From NCBI GenBank assembly GCA_902500825.1, contig CABVRX010000011.1:38409-102408 (forward strand): 64,000 nt of DNA, given 5' to 3'. Source of the stretch: an uncultured Nitrospira sp. GTDB lineage: Bacteria > Nitrospirota > Nitrospiria > Nitrospirales > Nitrospiraceae. A program made the position numbers and the translations under genes. Below, one piece after another: positions 29,187-38,141 of the stretch; position 1 is the stretch's first letter; every line of letters begins with the position of its first letter. Below the pieces are notes generated by a model that worked only from the letters and a program-made list of their open reading frames with translations, had not been told where the DNA came from and ran no database searches.

Positions 29187-30473
29187 TTATGTTTGGATTG
29201 CCGTCGTAACGCTAGGTGCTGATGGTTTGACATAGGGCTTTCTCGCGTTGCGGAAGGAATGCGGTTGGGAACGCTTCATCTGACTCGTCGAGGGATGCCC
29301 ATTCCGACGAACACCGCTTCCTGAGGCAGGCATCGTGAGCGAAGGGGCCTTGCTTCCAGAAGCAACTGGGACTGCACATCCCAAAAGACGCTCGATTTCT
29401 CGGAGTTGATGAGAGTCCTCTCCCGTCACAAAACTTGTGGCGCGACCGGTTGTCTTCATCCGAGCCGTGCGCCCGATACGATGCACATAGTCTTCCGGAC
29501 AGTTGGGAAGGTCGAAATTGATCACGTGGCCGATATTCGCGACATCGATCCCTCGGGCGGCGATATCGGTCGCAACCAACACACGGAAGGCTCCACGCCT
29601 GAAACCTTCCAGCGCGGCCCGCCTCTGCGAGAGACTCCGGTCTCCATGCAACACAGCTACTCGATGGCCCACACGACCGAGCAAGCGCCCCAACCGATCG
29701 GCACGATGCTTCGTCCTGGTGAAGACCAGCGCGGTCGCCTGATCGGCATTCAAAAGCGACAAGAGAAGCTCGGGCTTGTCGTCATGGGACGTGTAATGCA
29801 CCGCTTGCGAGACACCGTCGGCCGTCGTGGCAGACGGTGCGACCATGACACGCACCGGATTGTTCACGCTGGCTTGGACCAACCGCGCCAAGTCCGCCGG
29901 CAAGGTAGCGGAAAACAGCAGCGTCTGTCGCTGCTCCGGCAAGGCATCGAGTATCTGGTTGATTTGCGGGGCAAAACCCATATCCAACATCCGATCCGCT
30001 TCATCCAACACCAGCATCTTAATGGACGACAACAAGACCGTGCCGTTCCACATGTGATCGAGGAGTCGGCCTGGCGTTGCCACTAAAATATCCGGTCGTT
30101 GTCGCAAACCTCGCACTTGGGCTTGCATGTCCGCGCCTCCGACAATCACGGTCGCGGAAACGCGCCGGCTCCGTCCGAGTTTCTCGATCGTAGCCAAGGT
30201 CTGCAATGCGAGCTCGCGAGTGGGAGCCAAGATCAATGCCTGGGGTTGCCCTTTGGGAAGCTGTGCGAGCCGCTCGATGATTGGAATGACGAAGGCAGCA
30301 GTCTTCCCTGTGCCGGTCTGAGCGCATCCGATGACATCTCGCCCCGCAAGCGCGGGCGGGATGGCTCGTTCCTGGATGGGAGTCGGTGAAGCAAAACCAG
30401 CATGAGCCACGTCTTGCAAAAGTGCTTCGGACAAACCGAGAGCGTGAAAACCTACATGAACAGACGTATCCAC
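29187..30473 (-). CDS. DEAD-box RNA helicase (RhlE-like)
   Basis: AQTGTGKT, PTRELA, TPGRL, DEAD, SAT, ARGID, HRIGRTAR. Confidence 0.95.
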   Translation of the reverse strand: MDTSVHVGFHALGLSEALLQDVAHAGFASPTPIQERAIPPALAGRDVIGCAQTGTGKTAAFVIPIIERLAQLPKGQPQALILAPTRELALQTLATIEKLGRSRRVSATVIVGGADMQAQVRGLRQRPDILVATPGRLLDHMWNGTVLLSSIKMLVLDEADRMLDMGFAPQINQILDALPEQRQTLLFSATLPADLARLVQASVNNPVRVMVAPSATTADGVSQAVHYTSHDDKPELLLSLLNADQATALVFTRTKHRADRLGRLLGRVGHRVAVLHGDRSLSQRRAALEGFRRGAFRVLVATDIAARGIDVANIGHVINFDLPNCPEDYVHRIGRTARMKTTGRATSFVTGEDSHQLREIERLLGCAVPVASGSKAPSLTMPASGSGVRRNGHPSTSQMKRSQPHSFRNARKPYVKPSAPSVTTAIQT

Positions 30474-30640
30474 TACAATATCCTTTCAGTTTGATCGCAT
30501 GATGACGGGATCAGAGAACCAAGGGGAGAAACAACCGAGCAGGGTGCCACTCCAAACTGGACCTGGTCGCGATGCGATCGCGAGATCCGTTATAGTTTGA
30601 ACATCTCCTCGCCGGACCAGCGCGAGTGAAATGTAGCGTT

Positions 30641-30669
30641 ACCATACAGCATGGCTCTCCCGAGGTCAA
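30641..30669 (-). promoter_or_regulatory. Sigma70 promoter of the DEAD-box helicase
   Basis: Minus strand TTGACC-N17-TATGGT with a TG before the -10. Implies a leader of about 160 nt. Confidence 0.5.
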
Positions 30670-30971
30670 CCTGTTCTTCAATAGATACGAGAGGGTCATA
30701 CTATCTACACCCCAAATACCTTATTTTGTATCAGCCGATGGGGAGATTTGACTCCTTCACCAAACGCATGCTAGAGTCAATCATCATTTGAGCCGCATCC
30801 TTTCCACTCACTCCCCTTACTCACTCTGATCTCTGCAAGACAGCCTGAACTTTCACTGTCCTGATACTCATTTGGTATGAATGGCGCTCGCTTTCATACA
30901 GATGAGAAAATTCGTGGTCGGTATCGAAGCAGACCCGGTTTCATCCGTCAGTATGCCCTGGCTAGGAGCTC

Positions 30972-31313
30972 ATGTCGGACCAAAAGGAGTTTTGCATGAA
31001 TCTCACATCAGTTTGGAAGAATCACAGAACAGGAAAGAAGAAGTCCGCCCGTAAACCGAAGATCCGATGGCAACTGCTGGGGCTGACTGATCCCAATTCG
31101 GTCGATAACACAGCCTCCATGGAAACTATCAGGCGAGAAGTCACTTCGTTGGCGAGGTATAGCTTTGGACAGGATACTCGCTTGCGTGCCACGGCTCAAG
31201 AAAGCAAGTCGTTAGGCAAGCACCACGAGCCTGTCGAAGCTAGAAACAAGCGCCGTGGCGCCACTGGGAAGATACCGGCGCGTAAACCGCGCCGTCTCTT
31301 AAACGCTGAATAG
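30972..31313 (+). CDS. Basic (Lys/Arg-rich) hypothetical protein
   Basis: AGGAG RBS before both in-frame ATGs (30972 and 30996). Confidence 0.55.
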   Translation: MSDQKEFCMNLTSVWKNHRTGKKKSARKPKIRWQLLGLTDPNSVDNTASMETIRREVTSLARYSFGQDTRLRATAQESKSLGKHHEPVEARNKRRGATGKIPARKPRRLLNAE

Positions 31314-31326
31314 GAACAGCAAACCT

Positions 31327-31455
31327 ATGTCCCTCTTTCAGAACTTCGTCCAATGGTTCGTTCACAATCCTCTAGCTGCGGCAACCTTGCTGTATATTAC
31401 GGGAGTGGTTAGCGTCCTCGTCTATACCTATTTCGAACCACGAGATCAGCAATAA
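31327..31455 (+). CDS. 42-aa single-TM small protein (not in ORF track)
   Basis: MSLFQNFVQWFVHNPLAAATLLYITGVVSVLVYTYFEPRDQQ, with AGGA upstream. Confidence 0.45.
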   Translation: MSLFQNFVQWFVHNPLAAATLLYITGVVSVLVYTYFEPRDQQ

Positions 31456-31500
31456 TTTTGATCGATATGAGTGATCGCTTTGCACAACAAGAAGGATGAT

Positions 31501-31764
31501 GTGAGTAAACGCATCTTGTATATCGGCGGTCTCTCGGACACCACTTCTGATTATCAGCTCCGCAACCTATTCAGAACTTACGGTACCGTAGCTCGCGTTT
31601 ATGTCGTCTGACACAAACGCAGGGGAAAATCAGCCGACTATGGGTTTGTTGAAATATACTCGGGGGAGTTCGCTATGAGTGCGGTCGTCGCCCTGGAAGG
31701 CGCATTGTTTGAAGGCAATTGTTTGCGACCCTACGTCACGCCCTATATATTCAGTCATTCCTAA
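31501..31764 (+). pseudogene. RRM RNA-binding protein pseudogene (in-frame TGA)
   Basis: RNP2 LYIGGL and RNP1-like DYGFVEI are in one frame with TGA at 31609-31611. Confidence 0.8.
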
Positions 31765-31798
31765 GTTATGCCGATCAGGCGAAGGGGGGACTTACCAA

Positions 31799-32092
31799 GT
31801 GAGTCGCATCAACCTGGACCCGCTTCTGACCTTTCCGGACGGATCGCACCTGGTGATCAGCACGCAGTGTTCGGTAGGTGGAGATTTCTCCTGCGCCTTA
31901 TACCGCGCTGTGGTCGAGAAAGACGACCAGGCGGCGTTTCAAGTTATCTCGAACCACTTTGCAGCCTCCACCTGCCTGAGCGCTCAAGAATACGCCTACA
32001 GTTACTCCCTCCGGCTCTATCCCATCTCCGCTGAAACGATAAAGAAACCACCGTACCTCATTTGGCCGGGTCCCCGTTCCCTCCTTCCGTAG
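31799..32092 (+). CDS. Hypothetical protein (97 aa)
   Basis: GTG start after a GGGGGA RBS. This is the 3' part of track ORF 31679..32092. Confidence 0.55.
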   Translation: MSRINLDPLLTFPDGSHLVISTQCSVGGDFSCALYRAVVEKDDQAAFQVISNHFAASTCLSAQEYAYSYSLRLYPISAETIKKPPYLIWPGPRSLLP

Positions 32093-32631
32093 CGGAAATT
32101 CGCCTACCTATGGTCTAAAAGGACATCCACATCACGAGCTCTCATGTTGGCCATTTCAGCCGGAACCGACACACTACTTCTTTTTTCTGCAAATCTCGAC
32201 CGTCGCTTCAACTTGACCAGCTTTTTGACTAACCATCAACAACATCCCCTTATGCTCCAGGGCTCTCTTAAACAACATGCATAATTATCGTATTGGCGTT
32301 CCTCGATCGTGGTATCGCCGCTTTGGCGATTGTATGAACTTTCGAGGATAAATGCATCCACGGCCTGCGTGCCATTTGCCCACGCTTTGCTCGTGACACG
32401 CCAGAAATGATTCTCCGGATCGAGCCTCCTGTTCGAGGTATCCAGGGTGGTATTGGAACACAACTTCGCACCCTTCGACACCTCCACATATTCACCTCTA
32501 TCCACCAACTTGAGCGAGGCCTGACAATTGCGTCTCGATGGTGGTGTGCGTGGTCTGAGGTGACTGGCTGCCTGGCCCCGGCGCGGTTTTCACTGAAAGA
32601 CTCGGCTCCAACGCCCCCTGTATCGACGGCT

Positions 32632-32748
32632 TCAGCTCCTGAAGGCTCTTGCGACATCCTGCTCCGTCGATCCAAACCGGTCTCCTATCACCTTGATCGC
32701 CTGAGCGATCGCTTTCTTCATCCGCGAGACTTGTTCTTCTGTTGTCAT
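32632..32748 (-). CDS. 38-aa ORF, possibly the 5' part of a frameshifted gene
   Basis: GAGAGGGG RBS, then MTTEEQVSRMKKAIAQAIKVIGDRFGSTEQDVARAFRS. Confidence 0.35.
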   Translation of the reverse strand: MTTEEQVSRMKKAIAQAIKVIGDRFGSTEQDVARAFRS

Positions 32749-32791
32749 AACCCCTCTCTCCCTTGTGAATCTCCGCTGTGGATCTGATTGG

Positions 32792-32959
32792 TTAAGACAC
32801 CCGGTCGGTGCGTCCCGCCACCCAGTGGACCATCAATAGCACAATCCCGCTCAAAAGCAGGGTCCAGGAGCCCTGAGTCGCAACCGTGGCTATTCCAGAC
32901 CAATTCAAACCCCCGGCAACCAATCCGAAGAATAAAAACATCGTGGCGTAGTACAACAT
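32792..32959 (-). CDS. DUF1328/UPF0391-like small membrane protein
   Basis: AAGGAG RBS, then MLYYATMFLFFGLVAGGLNWSGIA with a two-helix pattern. Confidence 0.7.
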   Translation of the reverse strand: MLYYATMFLFFGLVAGGLNWSGIATVATQGSWTLLLSGIVLLMVHWVAGRTDRVS

Positions 32960-33120
32960 GTGAACTCCTTTCCAGCGTTGCGGGCGCTTTGTAGAATGTC
33001 CTCTGCACATCCTGGCGTCTGCCCTCACTTCGGGTAACCACATGACGTGACTCTGCCAGGCGCGACCAAGAATCGCGAATCGCGAGAAACGATCGTACTC
33101 TGAAGACACTCTCTGGCGTC

Positions 33121-33151
33121 GAAGCGGCGGAGACTGAGGAATCGTTCGCGC
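33121..33151. repeat. Copy 1 of a dispersed motif with core GCGGAGACTGAGGAATC
   Basis: 17-nt exact match (33127-33143) to 34819-34835. The flanks are also similar. Confidence 0.7.
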
Positions 33152-33179
33152 TGGCCGGGCAACGCCAGGACATCACAAA

Positions 33180-33416
33180 ATGTTCGAGTTCATGGAAAGG
33201 GGACAGGATAAGACCTCAGGGGAAGAGCCGGGGTTTAAGGAATTTCTCCAAGATCCCTTACTGAGCGGGGATGCGACCGAGGAAGAACTCACCTTTCTGC
33301 GCGCATTGACATTTGAGAACAAACGACCAACCCCGCTCTACTATTACCGCGAGCTTCAGAGTCTTAGAGACCCACTGCATTTTCAGACCTCTAACAGAAA
33401 ATCTTCATCAAAGTAA
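33180..33416 (+). CDS. Hypothetical protein (possibly a C-terminal remnant)
   Basis: Protein-like EEPGFKEFL...PTPLYYYRELQSLRDPLHF. Confidence 0.5.
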   Translation: MFEFMERGQDKTSGEEPGFKEFLQDPLLSGDATEEELTFLRALTFENKRPTPLYYYRELQSLRDPLHFQTSNRKSSSK

Positions 33417-33573
33417 CACCGTATAGATACCATGTTATTCAGCAAGCATGTGGGGCAAAAGCAGAGCCGTTACCCAGGCAATCACATATGCGAGCAGGAA
33501 AAGTTCCGTCGTCATCTTGCGCCAAAAATCACGCCACCTGCTCATAATTTCCTCCCGGTGCCGATCTGCAGCC

Positions 33574-33894
33574 TTACGCGCTGAACGAACTGCCGCATCC
33601 GCACGTGGTCTTTGCGGTCGGATTCTTCATCACAAACCCTGAACCCTGCGTCTGGTCCACATAATCCACTTCCGTACCGACCAGCAACGGAGCGCTCTGC
33701 GAATCCATGATGACTTTGATGTCACCCTGTTCGACGAACGTATCATCCTCCTGCATCGAGGACTCCAGCGACATCCCATACTGATAGCCATGGCACCCAC
33801 CGCCTTTGACATACACTCGAAGACCGACGGTCTCCTGATCCTCTTGCATCAGCTCGAGAATCTTCTCTTCAGCTTTCCTTGTGATTGTCATCAT
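33574..33894 (-). CDS. HesB/IscA/ErpA A-type Fe-S carrier
   Basis: GGGCHGYQY and TTCGCGSSF, with an AGGAGG RBS. Confidence 0.92.
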   Translation of the reverse strand: MMTITRKAEEKILELMQEDQETVGLRVYVKGGGCHGYQYGMSLESSMQEDDTFVEQGDIKVIMDSQSAPLLVGTEVDYVDQTQGSGFVMKNPTAKTTCGCGSSFSA

Positions 33895-33956
33895 TGTTCG
33901 ATCCTCCTGTATGCGCACACGTTATCCCAGCTGCTCCTATGAACGGCGATTCTTCG

Positions 33957-33971
33957 GCAACTGTCGCTCCA
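33957..33971 (-). promoter_or_regulatory. Sigma54 (-24/-12) promoter upstream of the A-type carrier
   Basis: TGGAGCGACAGTTGC gives GG-N10-GC with the TTGC -12 element. Confidence 0.5.
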
Positions 33972-34042
33972 TCGACATGCCTATCCCTCTTTCAACAACG
34001 CCACTACATCATCCCTTTCACTCACTCCGACCTCAACGCGGT

Positions 34043-34255
34043 TCACTGCACACGGCCTTTCCCAGACCCTGCTGCAGGCGACCCAGGGGGGCGTGCACGG
34101 CTCCGAATCGGTTGGGTGTGCCTCACTTGATTGGCCTCGATCCCTGGGTCCGTCGTCGCACCACAGAGTAGGCAATGCCATCCAAATACCGGGGGCTGCC
34201 CCATGTCTCTCATTTGGACGGCATTCAAAAGACCTTGGCAACGTAGACAGCGCAT
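34043..34255 (-). CDS. Small CxxC...CxxCG zinc-ribbon-like protein
   Basis: MRCLRCQG...WHCLLCG, with a GGAGG RBS upstream. Confidence 0.7.
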   Translation of the reverse strand: MRCLRCQGLLNAVQMRDMGQPPVFGWHCLLCGATTDPGIEANQVRHTQPIRSRARPPGSPAAGSGKGRVQ

Positions 34256-34455
34256 GACACCCCTCCTATCGTCTCTCTCTACACCACCTTTCGCAACGCC
34301 CCATTTGAGAGGGGCACATACATGGAAGCAGAGGAATTTCGATCAAAGCAACGCATGTTTATCACCTCGCTTTGATAACACTTCGAATTTGCCCGTTTTG
34401 CCTCTGTTCACCCATCACCAGTCTCCATAATGCGAGGGTTTCATAGGATAATTAT

Positions 34456-34776
34456 TCAAAATTTCGGTGCCGACCGGATCGCTTTCCTCGTCTTCTCTTC
34501 TCCCACACAACTTTGTCCAACCAACATGCGTTGCCAGGTGCTGGCCAACTCCGGAATTCTGGCCCGACAGGCCTTGAGTGTATCCTCAGCGGCGCCTGAC
34601 GCCATGACAGCAAGTTCTCCCATCGGAAGACTAAGCTCTTCTATCGGAGTAAAAACCATGGTTCCTTTCACGTGCGAATCTGCTGCCTGAGCAGGCGGAG
34701 TTATATGAAGCGTTACATCACCTACCCTCTGCGCAAGCGCAGAAGACACCACCGCCGTGGAATCCGCTTTTCGCAT
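34456..34776 (-). CDS. Hypothetical protein
   Basis: 106 aa ORF with C-terminal EDTLKACRARIP...QSC Cys pair. Confidence 0.5.
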   Translation of the reverse strand: MRKADSTAVVSSALAQRVGDVTLHITPPAQAADSHVKGTMVFTPIEELSLPMGELAVMASGAAEDTLKACRARIPELASTWQRMLVGQSCVGEEKTRKAIRSAPKF

Positions 34777-34812
34777 ACTGGACCACTTGACTCGATGACC
34801 TCGTTATTCGAA

Positions 34813-34843
34813 GAAGCTGCGGAGACTGAGGAATCAGACGCGC
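34813..34843. repeat. Copy 2 of the dispersed motif GCGGAGACTGAGGAATC
   Basis: Matches 33121-33151. Confidence 0.7.
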
Positions 34844-35242
34844 AGGAGAGGGAGGGAATGCGCGAGAGATAGGACAGTCGAGGTTATTCTGAACCTCATA
34901 AAATTACCCTATCGACCACTCCTGTTATTGTCAATGCTGCGGAATGGAGCAGGTCCTGTAACGCAGTGATTCTATAGAACTATATTTATTTTTCAGACGA
35001 ACATAATCAGTGAGCAAGAAGAGATGCCCGGCACCTTTCGTTTCTATTCCAATACGCACAGTAGCTCTCCGCTTATAGCCGGCTTCATTGTATTTTGTTG
35101 CGATCTTGTCGCGCAGGGTTTTTCTCAACGGGAAACATGGTCACGACCGCTAAAAAGAGAATGCCTCCTACCTGGGACTTTCGACCTATGCCGGGACCAT
35201 CTTAACATTCACCCTCTAAGATGTTTATGAGATAATCCCCCC

Positions 35243-37057
35243 ATGATTCTTAAACGCTGGCTCGTCGGAGACCCTCTCAAGACCGCCCAAGCAAGGCACG
35301 AACGGCTTTCAAAAACGATCGCTCTGGCCATCTTCTCGTCGAACGCCATTTCGTCCGTCGCATACGGAACGGAAGAAATCCTCCTGGTGTTGATTCTAGC
35401 CGGCACGGCGGCGGTCGCCTGGTCGATTCCGGTCAGTTTAGCCATCCTCTTTCTCGTCCTGGTTTTGACGATTTCCTATCGTCAGATCATCTACGAATAT
35501 CCAGAGGGGGGTGGGGCTTACGTCGTCGCACGAACGAACCTCGGCGATCGGCCGGCTCTGGTAGCCGCAGCAGCGCTGATGATCGACTACATCTTGACTG
35601 TGGCCGTCAGTGTTGCAGCCGGCATTGCGGCGCTCACTTCAGCCATCCCAAGTTTGTTCATTCACCGCGAAACCCTGGGACTTGTCGCCATTCTTTTTAT
35701 GATCGTGATGAACCTCCGTGGGGTTCGCGAATCAGGGAAGTTTTTCGCCGTTCCAACTTATTTTGCCATCGGAGCGCTAGGCCTCCTGGTCATAGTAGGA
35801 ACCTTTCGATCTCTTTCCAGCGACGGGACGGTCCTCCCAGCGACCAATTCTGGAGAGACAGAAACACTGACCCTGTTCTTAGTGCTCCGCGCCTTTGCGG
35901 CCGGCTGTTCGGCCGTCACCGGGATGGAGGTTATCTCTAATGGTGTGAAAGCCTTTCGCCCGCCTGAATCAAAGAATGCAGCCACCACCATGGTGTGGAT
36001 GTCCACCATCTTGGCATCGTTGTTCATGGGCATCAGTTGGATGGCTTATCACTACGGCATCCTGGCCAAGATGGATGAAACGGTGATTTCGCAACTGGCT
36101 CGTTTGACGTTCGGCACTGGACCCATCTACTACGCCGTGCAGATCGGCACCATGGCGTTGTTGGTATTGGCGGCCAACAGCGCCTTTGCAGGCTTCCCAC
36201 ATCTGGCGTCGATCCTGGCGCGCGACGGATTCATGCCCCATCAGATGGCGACGTTCGGCGATCGCCTGGTCTTTTCAAACGGCATCATCATCCTGGGGTT
36301 CTTCGCCTGCCTCTTGCTCGTCGTGTTCGAAGGAGATACGCACGCACTGATTCCGTTGTATGCCATCGGCGTGTTCCTATCATTCACGCTCTCTCAGGCC
36401 GGCATGGTGAAACGATGGCTCGTCAAGAAAGGGACGCATTGGCAGACAAAACTGATTGTCAACGGGGTCGGCGCCGTGACCACCGGCATCGCAACGGTTA
36501 TCATCGCCAGCACGAAGTTCATGCAGGGTGCCTGGATTGTTTTCCTGCTCATCACGGTCCTCCTCCTCATGTTTCAGGGGATTCGCTCGCACTATAAGGC
36601 CGTCACCGAACAGATCGCACTGGACCGTCGAGGTGAACGCCCTCCCTTGCCTCGGCGCAATATCGTGATCATTCCGGTCAGCGGTTTGAATCGTGCCGTG
36701 GTTCGTGCGTTGGACTATGCGAGAAGCCGACCCGGAGAAGTTCGCGCCGTTTTCGTCGATGTCGATTCCGCAGAAAGCGCCAAGGTCAAAATCCAGTGGG
36801 CTCAGTGGGGGGGTGGTGTCAACTTGATTGCACTCTCCTCTCCTTACCGCTCAGTTTTGGGATCATTATTGGACTACGTTGAAGAAGTGCTTGAGAAGGA
36901 CCCAAATACCTGGATCACCGTCGTGATCCCTGAGATTCTTCCAGCCAGATGGTGGCAGAACATCCTGCATAACCAACGGGCGCTGATGCTCAAAGCCGCG
37001 CTGCTTTTCAAAGAGCGGGTGATTCTTATCGACGTTCCCTACCATTTGACGCGATGA
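35243..37057 (+). CDS. APC family permease, KimA/YdaO-like
   Basis: LVGDPLKT, SSNAISSVAYGTEE, GGGAYVVA, TGMEVISNG, and a soluble C-terminal domain (SPYRS, WWQNILHNQ). Confidence 0.9.
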   Translation: MILKRWLVGDPLKTAQARHERLSKTIALAIFSSNAISSVAYGTEEILLVLILAGTAAVAWSIPVSLAILFLVLVLTISYRQIIYEYPEGGGAYVVARTNLGDRPALVAAAALMIDYILTVAVSVAAGIAALTSAIPSLFIHRETLGLVAILFMIVMNLRGVRESGKFFAVPTYFAIGALGLLVIVGTFRSLSSDGTVLPATNSGETETLTLFLVLRAFAAGCSAVTGMEVISNGVKAFRPPESKNAATTMVWMSTILASLFMGISWMAYHYGILAKMDETVISQLARLTFGTGPIYYAVQIGTMALLVLAANSAFAGFPHLASILARDGFMPHQMATFGDRLVFSNGIIILGFFACLLLVVFEGDTHALIPLYAIGVFLSFTLSQAGMVKRWLVKKGTHWQTKLIVNGVGAVTTGIATVIIASTKFMQGAWIVFLLITVLLLMFQGIRSHYKAVTEQIALDRRGERPPLPRRNIVIIPVSGLNRAVVRALDYARSRPGEVRAVFVDVDSAESAKVKIQWAQWGGGVNLIALSSPYRSVLGSLLDYVEEVLEKDPNTWITVVIPEILPARWWQNILHNQRALMLKAALLFKERVILIDVPYHLTR

Positions 37058-38097
37058 CGATGGTTCGTGAAGCGCAACTTCGGATCTCTTACCTCATCCT
37101 CTTCACCTCTTGCCTGACCATAGCTTCTCCGGTTCATGCCTTCACGATCACGGAACCTGACACAGGAACTATGTTGATCGCTGGGAGCACCGTGATCGCG
37201 CGTGTGGACCTTGGAAAGGATACTGGCATCGTTAAAGTCCGCTACTACTGGTACGGCGAACAAGACGAGGTCTTGGTCGAACAAGAAGACTCAACGGCCA
37301 CGGGCTCTATCGTGGCGCCGGTAGCGATGGTGAGCTCAGGCGAACAGGAGTACCCATTTGGGGGCCCGCTGAAAGCGCCGCAAAACGGCGTTGGCCCGAT
37401 GCGGCTGTTGGCGGTAGCCGAAGTCTCCCACGGACGATTTGGAACTAGATCTGTCTTCGATGAAGTCATCGTGAACGTGGAACCTTCTGCCGTCCTCACC
37501 ACGATCGACTTTGCAACGGACAAGCCTTTGCAACTCGGCAGAGCAGGACAGTCCTCCGCCTTCGGCCATGTGGACTCGCTGGGCAAGATTTTCGAACTCC
37601 CGGTCGTTGCCGACTTTGCCGACGGCATCACCCGACGCATCAGCACGCCAGCCAGTGGCACAAGTTACACATCTTCCAATGATAAAGTTATTAAGGTCGT
37701 GAGGGATGGTTTGCTTCAAATCGTCGGCAACGGGAAGACCACCATCACCGTAAGCAATCGCGGAAAATACGCTTCTCTCGATATGGCCGTGAACGTAAAC
37801 GACGAGCCGAACGAACCGCCGATCGCTGACGCAGGAACGAACAAAGTAATCAAGGCAGGCTCTCGTGTGAAACTCAGTGGGCTGAAGAGCCGTGACCCGG
37901 AAGGCGAAGCCCTCTATTATAGCTGGAGCCAAGTGCGCGGCAGCAAAATTTCGTTGCTCGATGCCAACAACTCAGAGGCTTCCTTCCTCGCACCAACCGT
38001 CTCAGAGCCTCGGACATATCGTTTTAAATTACGTGTGACGGACAAGAAGGGAGCCGACAGTTTGCCGGCGTTTGTGGATGTGACGGTGGAACCGTAA
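37054..38097 (+). CDS. Secreted Ig-like/PKD domain protein
   Basis: Signal peptide, NEPPIADAG, LSGLKSRDPEG...YSWSQV, FKLRVTD. ATGA overlap with the permease. Confidence 0.8.
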   Translation: MTMVREAQLRISYLILFTSCLTIASPVHAFTITEPDTGTMLIAGSTVIARVDLGKDTGIVKVRYYWYGEQDEVLVEQEDSTATGSIVAPVAMVSSGEQEYPFGGPLKAPQNGVGPMRLLAVAEVSHGRFGTRSVFDEVIVNVEPSAVLTTIDFATDKPLQLGRAGQSSAFGHVDSLGKIFELPVVADFADGITRRISTPASGTSYTSSNDKVIKVVRDGLLQIVGNGKTTITVSNRGKYASLDMAVNVNDEPNEPPIADAGTNKVIKAGSRVKLSGLKSRDPEGEALYYSWSQVRGSKISLLDANNSEASFLAPTVSEPRTYRFKLRVTDKKGADSLPAFVDVTVEP

Positions 38098-38141
38098 ACC
38101 GTAGATTCTTCCCACTCTTCCAGGCAGGACCTCCCGTGTAA

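Noticed and set aside
30535-30549. Sigma54 promoter for the DEAD-box helicase
   Set aside because: TGGCAC is present but the -12 position reads TCGG rather than TTGC. A sigma70 promoter fits better.
31609-31611. Selenocysteine readthrough in the RRM gene
   Set aside because: Not a Cys-type position, and no SECIS-like hairpin is evident.
34931-35128. 65-aa ORF in an AT-rich spacer
   Set aside because: No clear RBS or motif. It is probably promoter DNA.
34870-35242. c-di-AMP (ydaO) riboswitch before the KimA-like gene
   Set aside because: I could not find the conserved GCUGAA, GGGG and GUCAGCUAAC elements by eye. An Infernal search would settle it.
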